Origin: Malacoraja senta
Lineage: Eukaryota
Assembly (NCBI GenBank): GCA_038087875.1
Contig: CM075991.1
Coordinates: 8,930,001 to 8,994,000 of the forward strand
Direction: 5' to 3'
DNA: 64,000 nt
Part shown: positions 48,594 through 60,932 of the stretch, in pieces
Numbering within the stretch: position 1 is the stretch's first letter
Layout of the letters: every line of letters begins with the position of its first letter
Translations under genes and position numbers: made by a program
Notes under the pieces: model-generated
What the model was told of the DNA's origin: nothing
Seen by the model: only the letters and a program-made list of their open reading frames with translations
The model's database searches: none

Positions 48594-49290
48594 CGGCATG
48601 GTGGAGCAGCGGTAGAGTTGCTGCCTTACAGCACCAGGGACCCGGGTTCGGTCCCGACATGGGTGCTGTCTGTACGGAGTTTGTACGTTCTCCCCGTGAC
48701 CCGTGTGGGTTTTCTCCGAGATCTTCTGTTACCTCCCACACTCCAAAGACGTACAGGTTTGTAGGTTAATTGGCTTGGTGTAAATGTAAAATTGTCTCTA
48801 GTGTGTGTAGCATAGCATTAGCGTTTGGAGATTGCTGGTCAGCATGGACGGTGGGCCAAAGGGCCTGTTTCTGCCCTGCATCTCTAAATTAAACCAAACT
48901 TATAGAAACACATAAAATTCACAAAAGATTGGACAGGCTAGATGCAGGAAAAATGTTCCCGATGTTGGGGGAGTCCAGAGCCAGGGGTCAAGGCTTAAGA
49001 ATAAGGGGTGGGCCATTTAGGACTGAGATGAAGAAATACTTCTTCACCCAGAGAGTTGTGAATCTGTGGAATTCTCTGCCGCAGAAGGCATTGGAGGACA
49101 ATTCACTGGATGTTTTCAAGAGAGAGTTAGATTTAGCTCTTAGGGCGAAAGGAATCAAGGGATATGGGTAGAAAGCAGGAATGGGGTACTGATTGGGGAT
49201 GATCAGCCATGATCATATTGAATGGCAGTGCTGGCTCGAAGGGCCGAATGGCCTACTCCTGCACCTATTTTTTATGTTTCTACGTTTCTA
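48594..49290 (+). mobile_element. V-SINE (48594-48900) directly followed by a CR1/HER1-like 3' end (48900-49290)
   Basis: SINE head, core and tail, then ORF 48929 DRLDAGKMFPMLGES...FFTQRVVNLWNSLP. Confidence 0.9.
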
Positions 49291-49320
49291 AAACTAAACA
49301 CTCCTGGGGTGCAGCACTGG

Positions 49321-49451
49321 CCAGGTAATATACCAGGTAATATACCAGGTAATATACCAGGTAATATACCAGGTAATATACCAGGTAATATACCAGGTAA
49401 TATACCAGGTAATATACCAGGTAATATACCAGGTAATATACCAGGTAATAT
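49321..49451. repeat. 12-bp minisatellite (CCAGGTAATATA)n, about 11 copies
   Basis: Perfect tandem repeat, directly visible. Confidence 0.98.
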
Positions 49452-51175
49452 TATGCTGATATACACAGAGGATAAAGAAGGACCTGCTGTGGGGGAGGAG
49501 GGGGGGAGGAGGGGGCGGGACAAAGGAGGACCTGGCGTGGGATGTTTTGTAACGTTGTCGGCGCCCTTTATGTAGCGACTCTTTGCATACCTTGGGTGTG
49601 CAAAACAAAGCATTTATCTGTGACTCGTCACACGTGGCAATAAAGTATTCAATAATTCATAAGCCACAGGTAACATTGCAGTAAGCTATACACAGGGACT
49701 AAGGATGGGACAGGGCGAATGGATATGGGTTGCCCAGCTTGCCATCCAGCCATTGTCAGTTTAGTGTGGACACAGCCCTATGGTTGAAGATAGACACAAA
49801 ATGTTGGAGTAACTCAGCGGGACAGGCAGCATCTCTGGAGAGAAGGAATGGGTGACGTTTCGGGTCAAGACCCTTCTTCAGACTCTGTGTACAATCAGAA
49901 CATTCATCATCTGAAGAAAAACTATTGCGAAAAACCGTTGTAAATGCTGGAAATTTTAACTAAATCTAACCCGAAACGTCACCTATTCCTTTTCTTCAGA
50001 GTAGCTGCCCGTCCCGCTGAGTTACTCCAGCCTTTTGTGTCTATCTTCAGCCTAAACTAGCATCTGCAGTGCCTTCCTACATCTCTGCTTGAAGGATTCC
50101 TTTATGAAATATTATTCAACACAACACGCACATGAGAATAATCACTTGAACAAACACAATGCAAGATATTGGGTGGCATATTTCCCAAATGAACTGCACT
50201 GTAACGATATTACCAATCTCTGTAACAATATGTATAACGGAATATATTATAATTCATATCAGAATAAATATTATTAACAATAAGTATATATTCATTCAGG
50301 AGTTGTGGATGTTGTCAGAAGAATTAGAGGTTATCTCATGGAATCATAAACATTTCTTGCATCAGGTGAGGGTTTTATGACACCACTGCAGTATTGCAGT
50401 GTCTAGAAAGAGGGTTAAGTCCTCCCTCCACCACCTCCAGTTTAAATTCCATTTGGAATATTTTGGAGCACCAAGAAACCAAGAACCAAGAGGGCTCAGC
50501 CTCATATTAAAGGGTGTGGTCATTCATGACCAAGGTGAGAAGACATGTTATCACCTTGAGGGTAATGAATCTTTGCAATTCTCTGTCCAAGACCCGCACA
50601 GTATATTCAAGGCACAGTTCGAAAGATGTTTTGATATTATGAATATCAAGCTATATGATGTGGAGGATGGAAATACAGATACCGGTTTACACCAGAGATA
50701 GACACAAATTGCTGGAGTAACTCAGCGGGACAGGCAGCATCTCTGGAGAGAAGGAACGGGTGATGTTTTGCGTCTCGACCCGAAACGTCACCCATTCCTT
50801 CTCTCCAGAGATGCTGCCAGTCCTGCTGAGTTACTCCAGCATTTTGTGTCGATCTCAGAATATAATATTGCCTGTGTTTGATCACAGTTCAATGAAGGTT
50901 TAGTACGATGGTCAGCATCAAAACCACAAGGTTCTCGGTATGCTCCAAAACTCTTCTGCAAACTCTTCACTCGTAGATTGGCAACTCAAACCCAATGTTG
51001 TGATATGTGGAGTTTGTCCTTTTCCATTGATTCCCATTCCTTACTCCAAAAGGCAGTCTGAAGAAATGTCCAAGTCAGGTAGGCTACTCCATAGATGTGG
51101 AAACAAAGAACTGCAGATGCTGGTTTACAAAAAAAGAAACAAAGTGCAGTAGTAACTCAGCAGGTAAGGCAGCAA

Positions 51176-51509
51176 TGGCCCTGTCCCACGATGCGAGTTC
51201 ATTCCAAGAGCTCTCCCGAGTAAAAAAAAAAATCAAACTCGTGTTAAGCATGGAGAATGAACGTAGCGGGTACGTTGGAGCTCGGGGACGTCTCTTAGCG
51301 GCTCGTAACGCTAACGGCAGGTACTCGGGAAGACTCGCTAACGGCTGGCAAGCTCGTGAAGACTTGTGAAGTTTTTTCAACATGTTGAAAAATGTCCACG
51401 AGAGCCCCGAGCCCCGACGAGCGGCCATTACCGTAAATCTCCGAGTTCGAATCTGGGCAAACTCGGGAGAACTCAACTTTGAATGAACTCGTACAGTGGG
51501 ACAGGGCTT
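51176..51509. mobile_element. PIF/Harbinger-type MITE
   Basis: GGCCCTGTCCCAC...GTGGGACAGGGC; same family as 29115 and 54125. Confidence 0.88.
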
Positions 51510-53180
51510 TTAGGAGAACGAGGTTAGGTGATGTTTCGGGTCGGGACTGATTCTTCAGACTGATTGTGGGCGGGGTGAGGAGCAAAAGCTGGAGGAGAGG
51601 AGGGGGGGTGGGGGGGGGGAGGGGAGATAGGTCAAAACTTGGCAGGCAATAGGTGGACACAGGCACGGGCTTTTTTTGATAGGCAGATGATCGGACAACG
51701 GCCAGAGATAAAAAGACAGAAGGTGTGAGACAAAAGGATTGAAGAGTTGCGAATTGTGAAGCCAGATAAAGAAATGGAGGTGGAGGTGGAGGTGGCGGAG
51801 GAGGGGAGAAATAGGTGAGAGTCCAGGTGAGGTATGGGGGAGTGCTCTGGGTTCTCCAGTTTCCTCCCGCACTCCAAAGATGTGCAGGTTTGTACGTTAA
51901 TTGGCTTTGGCAAAATTGTAAGTTGTCCCCAGTGTGTGTAGGATAGTGTTAGTGTATGGTGTGATCGCTGGTCAATGCCAACTCAATGGGCCCATCAATA
52001 AAACAGTCTTAACTCTTGCATTTGTGCATTGTTTTCTTAATGTGCCTGCGTGTAGGATAGTGTTAGTGTGCGGGGATCGCTGGTCGGTGTGGACTCGGTG
52101 GACCAAAGGGCCTGTTTCTGCGCTGTATCTCTAAACTAAACTAAACAAAAAACGAAACATTGAAACGCTTTTGACGCTTTCTCTTGGTTTCCCGCAAATG
52201 CCAAATACCCGAGCGGTGCCCTGGCAGTTTTGGGAAGCGACGGCTCACTGCAATCACAGACACTTTGTGATGAGCTGCTGCCTCTTATTCCTCTACGTGA
52301 GATTGCGTTTTGCCCGATCCGCAGCTTTGAGAATTCCGTTCCCAAGTCTGTGCCAGAGGGACACCAATTACAATGAAGGATGGCCACTTCAAACGTCGAG
52401 TTAAGTGGAAATCATGGCCTTTAATAACGAAGGTCTTCAGGTTCCACCAGGGAGAGAGAAGTAACTGCACTCACCCGAGTGTTTCCTGCCCAAGACTTAG
52501 CAGAGGCGAGAAACCCATTTAAGATAAATGAGGGTGGTATCTCGGTGGCCCAATGTGGGACAATATCTTCCTGCTATTTCACAAGGCAGATTATCTTTGC
52601 ACGGAAGCAAAGTGCTTTGGGACACCGTGAAGACATAAGTAGATCATTAATGGGAGCTGGAGTAGGATAGATGGCCCCTCGAGCCGCCTCAGCCTTCAAT
52701 TGATCGTGCATGGAGCTCCATTTTTCTTCCTGTTCCCCATCACCATTGTATCCCTGACAGACTACCTTGGCCCAGAGCACATTCTGTCACTCAGCCTCCA
52801 CAGCGATCTGGGGTAAAGAATTCCAAGGATTCGTGTGAAAAAGAATCCTTCATGTTCACTGAACTGAACTATCTCCAATGCAATTGACAATAAGAGACCC
52901 GAAACGATGCCTATTTCCTTCGCTCCATAGATGCTGCCTCACCCGCTGAGTTTCTCCAGCATTTTTGTCTACCTTAAATATAATGATTATTTCTGATTCC
53001 ACTCCCTCCTCTGGCAGTGAGTTCCAAATATCTACAATTCTCTTTGTAGATACAACACCCCTCAGATCCCCATTAAAACTCCTATCTTTCAATTTAAAAC
53101 TGTGCCCTGTTTTTATACCACTTTTATACACCTGCCATCAATATTTTTATACCACTACCATCAATAAAACAAAACTATCT

Positions 53181-53482
53181 AAGATAGACGCAAAAAGCTG
53201 GAGTAACTCAGCGGGACAGGCAGCATCTCTGGAGAGAAGGAATGGGTGACGTTTCGGGTCGAGACCCTTCTTCAGACTGGTTAGGGATATGGGAAACGAG
53301 ACATAGACGGTGAAGTGGAGAGATAAAGAATAATGAACGCACGATATGCAAAAAAGTTACGATGATAAAGGAAACAGGCCATTGTTAGCTGTTTAGTAGG
53401 GAGAAATGAGAAGCTAGTGCGACTTGGATGGGGGAGGGATAGAGAGAGGGGGAATGCCTGGGCTACATGGTGAGAGAAATCA
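53181..53482 (-). mobile_element. Penelope terminal repeat with intact hammerhead core (53248-53275)
   Basis: GACGTTTCGGGTCGAGACCCTTCTTCAG, and a 3' UTR similar to 37123-37450. Confidence 0.8.
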
Positions 53483-53812
53483 AACCCTTCAATGTCTCTC
53501 GTAATCTTATATACCTCTATCAGATCGTCCCCTCCGCGTCTTTTACTCCAGAGAGTATAAGCCCAGACTATTCAATCCTCCAGTCCAGGCAACATCCTGG
53601 TGAAACTCCTCTGCACTCTCTCCAATGCAGTTACAACACCTTTTAGTCTACAAAAACAGTACTGCAGTCAACCACCCTTATACTTGATGTCTGAAGAAGG
53701 GTTCCAATACAAAACATCACCTATTCTTTCTCTCCAGAGATGCTGCCTGACCCGCTGAGTGACTCCAGCATTTTGTGTCTATCCTGACTTGGGCAATACG
53801 TGACCCCAAATT

Positions 53813-54102
53813 GGGCAGCACAGTGGTAGAGTTGCTGCCTTACTGCACCAGAGAGCCGGGTTCGATCCAGACAACGGGTGCTGTCTGTACAGTGTTTGCA
53901 CGTGACCTGCGTGGGTTTTCTCTGGGGACTCCGGTTTCCTCCCACATTTCCAAAGACGTGCAGGTTTGTAGGCGGATTGGCTTCGTTAAAAATTGTAAAT
54001 TGTCCTTTGTGTGTAGGATAGTGTTAGTGAGCAGGGATCGCTGGTCGGCACGGACTCAGTGGGCCAAAGGGCCTGTTTCCACGCTGTATCTCGAAACTGA
54101 AC
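53813..54102 (+). mobile_element. V-SINE (HE1-like)
   Basis: Head, core and tail recognisable. Confidence 0.88.
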
Positions 54103-54124
54103 TAATACTTAACTCAGGACCTAA

Positions 54125-54445
54125 AACCCCTGTCCCACTGTACGAGTTCATTCCAAGAGCTCTCTCGAGTTTAAAAAAAATCAAAACTCGTGGTAAGCAC
54201 GGAGAATGAACGTAGCGGGTACGTCGGAGCTCGGGGACGTCTCTTAGCGTCTCGTAACGCTAACGGCAGGTTACTCGGGAAGACTCGCTAATGGCAGGTA
54301 AGCACGGGAAGACTTGTGAAGATTTTTCAACATGTTGAAAAATGTCCAAGAGAGCCCCGAGTGGCCATTCCGTAAATCTCCGAGCTCGAATCAGGGCAAA
54401 CTCGGGAGAGCTCTTGGAATGAACTCGTACCGTGGGACAGGGCTT
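54125..54445. mobile_element. PIF/Harbinger-type MITE
   Basis: TAA at 54122-54124 and 54446-54448, with CCCTGTCCCAC TIRs. Confidence 0.92.
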
Positions 54446-56904
54446 TAAGTATTTTATCTCTTCGTCACAGTAAGCACCAAGCAGAGATTGGAAGGAAAGA
54501 GTTAAAGAGGAAACATAATTAAAGTTCTCTGTGCCTTTATTAGTTATTTACATTAATCAAGATGAGACACTTTATTCTAATCCCATCTACACTTCATGCT
54601 GAATTAATGGAGTACCTCATACGTCACTTCCAATAACAGCAAATTAGATCTTAAGATGGACTTAATAGCATCATTCATTTTTAAAATGTGGAGCCTGATT
54701 AGCATAAAGCTGCCAATAATTTCCCAGTATTGCCACTGCAGCTGCTCGTTACAGAGATGGGAAATGCATACCCAGGACCTGGTGAACTAAATTGGACCTG
54801 GCTGCTACAATTATCTGTGTTTTAGGTGGTTTAACATCTCCTTCAGTTTCTATCATGTAATGAATTACTTCGAACGTTCGGAGTGTCTTGTTGGAGTAGT
54901 CAATTACTAAATAGGATTCAAGCAGAACTGCGTGTTAAGCAAAAAAAACACAAACAAATTTTTGACCTTGTTCCTTCAAAATTATGTGCATGCTGTTGAA
55001 CTAGCTAGATGATGAGAGTTTATTGGTGATTGTAATTCAAAGTGAGAGTGGTTTTTAAAATGTGTACGAAGGAACTGCAGATGCTGGTTTAAACCGAAGA
55101 TAGACACAAAAAGCTGGAGCAACTCAGCGGGACAGGCAGCATCTCTGGAGAGAAGGAATGGGTGACGTTTCGGGTCGAGACCTTTTCTTGTTCTCCAATC
55201 CATGTGTGTCTGTCTCCTCATTCTCTCTGTAACATCTTCCAACTCCCACGTTCCAAAGACCTGCAGGTTTGTAGGTTCTTGTGAGGGAAGGAACAGCAGA
55301 TGCCGGTTTACACCGAAGATAGACACAAAATGCTGGAGTAAATCAGTGGGACAAGCAGCACCTCTGGAGAGAAGGAATCGGCGACGTTTCACCATGGGTC
55401 TCGACTCAGTCTACCCCACGACAGAAGGGGGTGGAGTTGTACAGTTTGATAGCCATAGGGAAGAAGGTTGTGAACAGTCTATTGTGGATTGGATTGTTAT
55501 AGGAATTAGTGTAAATGAGTGGTTGATGGTCAATGCAGACTTGACGAGTTAAAGGACCAGTTTTTATGCCGTATGATTCTCTGACTTAAAACTTAACAAT
55601 CTCAAATACACACATTGGTAAAATCTCCTGCTTGCACTTTCATAATATTGCCCATTGCTCTAACCCACATCCACACCTTATTTACCTCTCAGGTGGACAT
55701 TTCCAATTATCTCGGTCAAAGGAGAGCGGGTCTTGGCCACGATCATTAATACGTGTGTTCAGAGGGCAGTTCTTTGATGGAGAATCTCCAACATTACAAA
55801 GAGGTAAAGGTGACGAGATCTAGTAATGCACAATGTCAAATATCACAGCCAAAGACTTCTGACAAGTGCAAAAGGACAAATCATATGTTTGTGTGTTGGA
55901 TTAGTTTAGTTTAGATGCTGCCTGACACGCTGAGTTACTCCAGCTTTTTGTATCTATCTTTGGTATAAACCAGCATCTGCAGTTCCTTCCTACAGGTTGT
56001 GGGCTGAAGAGACTGTTTCTGTGCTGTAGTTTAGCTTAAATATACAGCGCGGAAACAGGCCTTTCGGCCCCCTCTCACCTGAAAGCTATACCTTCTGGTA
56101 TCTGATTTTTCCATCTTGGGAAAAGGGTTCTGACTAACATGATGAGTGGACTAATTATTTTGGTTCTCAAGAAATTTTAAACAGCTTCTGGCTTTGACAT
56201 TGGACAGGAGAGTAGGAAGAATTACAATGGAAATAACAATTTTTAAAAAATGCTGAAAATCCATAAATCTGAGAAAGTTCTGATCCCCTCGCCACAGAAA
56301 CTGCCTAACTTGCTGAAAAATAAAAGTTTTCAGATATAATTTCCTGCATTTGCAATGGTTTTTCTTCAGATGATGAATGCTCTGATTGTAAACAGAACAT
56401 GCTGGTGAGTCAGAGGAAGGGTCTCGATCCGAAACGTCACCCATTCCTTCTACCCAGAGATGCTGCCTGACCCGATGGTTTGTGTCTATCTGCGGAGTAA
56501 ACCAGCATCTGCAGTTCCTTCCTGCACATGCTGATGCAACTCAGCGCGTCAGGCAGACTCCACCGGAAGAGAATCAGTCAATGTTTCAAGTCTACAGCAC
56601 TAACAGAACTGGAGACAAAGGGGCTACAGAGTGTTTTTTATCTCCCCACAGATGCTGCCTGACAAGCTGAGCATGTCCAAAGTGTTGTGTTTTTGTTTAA
56701 GACTTTGTTTTAAAATTTCAATGGAGTTTTTTTTATTTGGTTGGACAGGAGGAGATGTGGTGAAAACTATCCACTAGCAGAAGGATCTAAAAACTGAAAT
56801 GCCAGATAGTTCCTTGATAAATCCAATTGAAACATGTGGTGAGATGTCTTTTCTCAAAGAGTGGTTGGAATGGGGAAGCTGCTATGGTAGAGAAAACTTT
56901 AATT

Positions 56905-57195
56905 TTGAGATACGGCTCGGAAACAGGCCCTTCGGCCCACTGAGTCCGCACTGACCAGTGATCCCCGCACATAAAACACTACCCTACACACACGCACCAG
57001 GGACAATTTACACTTATACCATGCCAAATAACCTACAAACCTGTACATCAGCGGAGTGTGGGAGAAAACCGAAGATCTCGGAGAAAACCCACACAGATCA
57101 TGGGGTGAACGCACAAACTCCGTACAGACAGCACCCGTGGTCAGGATCAAACCCGGGTCCCTGGCGCTGTAAGATTGTAGCTCTACCACTATGCC
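56905..57195 (-). mobile_element. V-SINE (HE1-like)
   Basis: Head, core and tail recognisable. Confidence 0.88.
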
Positions 57196-57674
57196 AGCGT
57201 GCCAGCTCTTGCCTTTAAGAAGAAAATATTCCAGTACTGGACATGAGGAGGGAAAAATAGGAGATAGAAAGAAAAGCAGAAAAACTGAGGTTGGCTTAAT
57301 GGAATGGGGGGGGGGGGAGGCAAAGCATATAAGACACAAAAGGAAATAGGAGAGGTGTGCCACTCGGCCCATCATGCCTGCCATATCATCCAATATGGTC
57401 GTGACTATTCTGCCCCAGGCATGAACTCTTCTCTGACAGCCCCCCCCCCCCATAGCTCGCAATTCCCTGATCTTTCAAAAACATAATTACCTCTTCTTCA
57501 AGTACCTCCAGTGATCTAGCCTCCATATTCCTTTAAGAAACAAAATTCCAGAGATTTACCAACCTTGGTGAGAGGAAGTTGCTCCAAAGCACCTTTGGTT
57601 TTGGAAATTACTGACTTGTAATCCTGTAACTATGTGCCCTTTTTCCTGATCTCTCCCACTAGTAGAAACATCTT

Positions 57675-57976
57675 AGTTTAGATTAGTTTAGTTTAGAGAT
57701 ACAGCACGGAAACGGGGGTACTTCGGCCCACCGACCAGCGATCCGCGCACACTAACACCATCCTACACACTCGGGACCATGTACAATCTTTACGGGAAGC
57801 CAATTAACCTATAAACTTGTACGCCTTTGGAGTGTGGTAGGAAACTGGAGCACCTGGGGAAAAACCACGGTCACGGGGAGAACGTACAAACTCCGTACAG
57901 ACAGCACCTGTAGTCAGGATCGATCCCGGGTCTCTGCGCTGTAAGGCAGCAACTCTACCGCTGTGTCACTGTGCTG
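57675..57976 (-). mobile_element. V-SINE (HE1-like)
   Basis: Head, core and tail recognisable. Confidence 0.88.
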
Positions 57977-58008
57977 CATCTTACCATCTACCCTGTCAAG
58001 CTTTCTTA

Positions 58009-58204
58009 AGGTGTTTAAGAAGGAACTGCAGATGCTGGAAATCGAAGGCACACAGAAAATGCTGGAGAAACTCAGTGGGTGCAGCAGCATCTATGGAGCG
58101 AAGGAAATAGGCAACGTTTCGGGCCCGAAACGTTGCCTATTTCCTTCGCTCCATAGATGCTGCTGCACCCGCTGAGTTTCTCCAGCATTTTTTTTGTGTA
58201 CCTC
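58009..58204. mobile_element. Foldback Penelope mini-element with 12-bp TSD
   Basis: CAAGCTTTCTTA at 57997-58008 and 58205-58216. Perfect palindromic centre AACGTTTCGGGCCCGAAACGTT. Confidence 0.88.
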
Positions 58205-60210
58205 CAAGCTTTCTTATGGTCTGCGTACTTCACCAAGATCACACCCCTCCAAGATCAAACTCCAGATACCTCCAAGGCAGACTCAAAATGCTGGAGTAAC
58301 TCAGCGGGACAGGTACAGCACATCCAATTGCTTTAGCCATGCATGGAGTATTTTGGGAATTTCCTTTCCAATTTTGAGGAATTCCTTTTGGGGTGGAACC
58401 ATCTCTTAACTTGCTTCATGCTCAATATAATTAGACAGAGTCTGAGGAAGGGTCTCGACCCGAAACGTCACCCATTCCTTCTCTCCAGAGATGCTGGCCG
58501 GTCCCACTGAGTTACTGCAGCATTTTTTAGTCCAACTTCGGTATAAACCAGCACCTGCAGTTCTTTCCTGTACGATTGTGTATGACAAGCAAACCATCTC
58601 AAGGTGGTGACTCCACGAATTCTGCCATGGTGTTGCCGCTAAGTTTGTGCTTGACATTTCTTATGGTTAACCTCACCACCAAGGGAACGTTGTGTTCTAA
58701 TTTCAATAAATCTCTTCTCTGCCGTGTTGGAAGTTTGAAAGGAACAGAGTGTGTTGTAATGATGTGTAAAACAGAAGCTGGGAATTAAAGCTAAATAATT
58801 CTACCTATTATCGATAAATAATCGGGCAAGGTATGCTCAAGGGAATGCTGGATAGTCTAACTATTTTTTTTAATTGCTTGAGCAACCAAAATAATATATT
58901 TTATATATACAAGGACTAAATAATTGTTAGTTTTATAGTTTTGAAACTGTTTGGGGCTTCAAACCTCTGGTGAAACTCTGCTTCCCGGGTGGAATGGCTG
59001 GGAAACATTGACTGTGGCAGAAGTCAAGCAGCTGCCTCATAGCTCCAATCATCAGTGCTGTCTGTGTGGAGCTTGCCCGTTTTTTTTCTCTGCAAGCGCG
59101 CATTTCCCCCTGGTCTCATGCTACAAAGTGTCAGCTGCAGGTATGGATGAAGGTCCAATGCAGCCTCTCAACCTGCAGTGGTTTGACTACATGAGACCTG
59201 CCAGAACAAGTCACGGCCATTGACTTGGTTCCAGTGGGCCAGATACCTCAAGTCAACCCTACCAGTCTCCTACATATGGCTGAAGAGAGGTCTCAACCCG
59301 AAACGTCACCTATTCCTTCTCTCCAGAGATGCTGCCTGTCCCGCTGAGTTACTCCAACAATTTGTATCTATCTTCTTACAAATGTCCGCTGGGTTAACAT
59401 CCTTGGTGTGCTTCTGGTCACATCCACTGTTACCTGTCATCTCCACTATGTTTCTTGATGCACCTTCAGTTTGCATGTTCATGATCTTCATAGACACAAA
59501 AAGCATGATTAACTCAGCGGGACAGGCAGCGTCTCTAGAGAAAAAGTCAGGAGAGTGATCAGTTGTTCTGGGGATAGACACAAAATGCTGGTGCAACTCA
59601 GTGGGACAGGCAGCGTCTCTGGAGAGAAGGAATAGGTGACGTTTCGGGTCGAGACCCTTCTTCAGACTGAAAGTCAGGGGAGAGGGAAATGAGAGATATA
59701 GACGGTGATGTAGAGATACAGAATAAATCTTCAATTGGCTTTTCCCATGATCGAACCTATTGCCCGCTCTCTTTTATTACATTATTTCCATATTTTCGTT
59801 ATATTTTCACATATGACTATTTCCATCGTGATTAAGCCAGCTCTCAGGGCAATCCTATCAAACGCATGCCCCACTTGTTTTCCCGCAGCTTACTCTCCCA
59901 CGTGCTCAGCACCTTCACCCTGGTTTTCCTATCACCCACCTACACCAGGAGCCATTTATAGTAGCCAATTAATTGTCCCAATCCGTCTTTGGGACATGGG
60001 AGGAAACCAGAGCAACCATGGGTAACATGTGCGTTCACAGGGAGAATATAAAAATTGCAGACAGTGCCTGGAAAATAGGATTGAACTCGGTTTGGAGGAG
60101 CTGCAAGTGTCGATAAATCACTATATTGCTGACCCGATCCATGCCGGGTTTTCACAATGCCATCTTGTGGTATGCGGTTAGCTGGGCGCGGCAGTCAATT
60201 TTGATAAGGA

Positions 60211-60463
60211 TGTCAAACTACATGGAGGCTTTCGTGTATCTGACTTTTAAATGGATATTAAAGAACTTTATATTAAGGTAAACAACGTTGTTTCAATGCT
60301 TCACACATCAGAAGTGGGATACAAACCCACGCCTCCAGTTGGAGACACACTTCTGACACCATGTATGAAGTATTGAAACAACAAGTCGTTTAACTTCATA
60401 TAAAGTTCTTTAATATCCATATACAAGTCAGAGAGTACACGAAAGCCTCCGCGTAGTTTTACA
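60211..60463. repeat. Long imperfect inverted repeat (unclassified hairpin element)
   Basis: GGAGGCTTTCGTGTA...ATGGATATTAAAGAACTTTATAT...TCAGAAGTG pairs with CACTTCTGA...ATATAAAGTTCTTTAATATCCAT...TACACGAAAGCCTCC. Confidence 0.85.
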
Positions 60464-60641
60464 GCTAGACTCAAAGATATGTTTTTGTAGTTTGTGTTTC
60501 CGTCTGTAATCTCCTTTCCAAGTAGTAACCAGACCCGAGCCGACCAAGCTACCACGATCCTCGCTGTGCATTAATCTGGTTGGTCGCCGACTCCTTTAAT
60601 CCACAATCATTCTCAATGTTTAGGCAAAAGCTTTCTGCAAA

Positions 60642-60932
60642 TTTAGTTTAGTTTAGGAAAGAGGCCCTTTGTCCCATCAAGTCCTTGCTGTCCAGCGATC
60701 ACATATACACTAGTTCTAGAAGTGTGCGCTGGGGACAATTTACAAGAGCCAATTAACCTACAAACCTGCACGTCTTTGGATTGCGGGAGGAAACCGGAGC
60801 ACCTGGAGAAAATGCACGCGGTCACGGGGAGAAGGTACAAACTCCGTACAGACAGCACCCGTGGTCAGGATCGCACCCGGGACTCTGGCGCTGTGCAGCA
60901 GCAACTCTACCGCTGTGCTACCATGCTGCCCC
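60642..60932 (-). mobile_element. V-SINE (HE1-like)
   Basis: Head, core and tail recognisable. Confidence 0.88.

Noticed and set aside
49222..49613. PGNI/YITW repeat ORFs, or a CRISPR-like array
   Set aside because: A spacer-less 12-bp tandem repeat in a eukaryotic context, so neither a CRISPR array nor a credible CDS.
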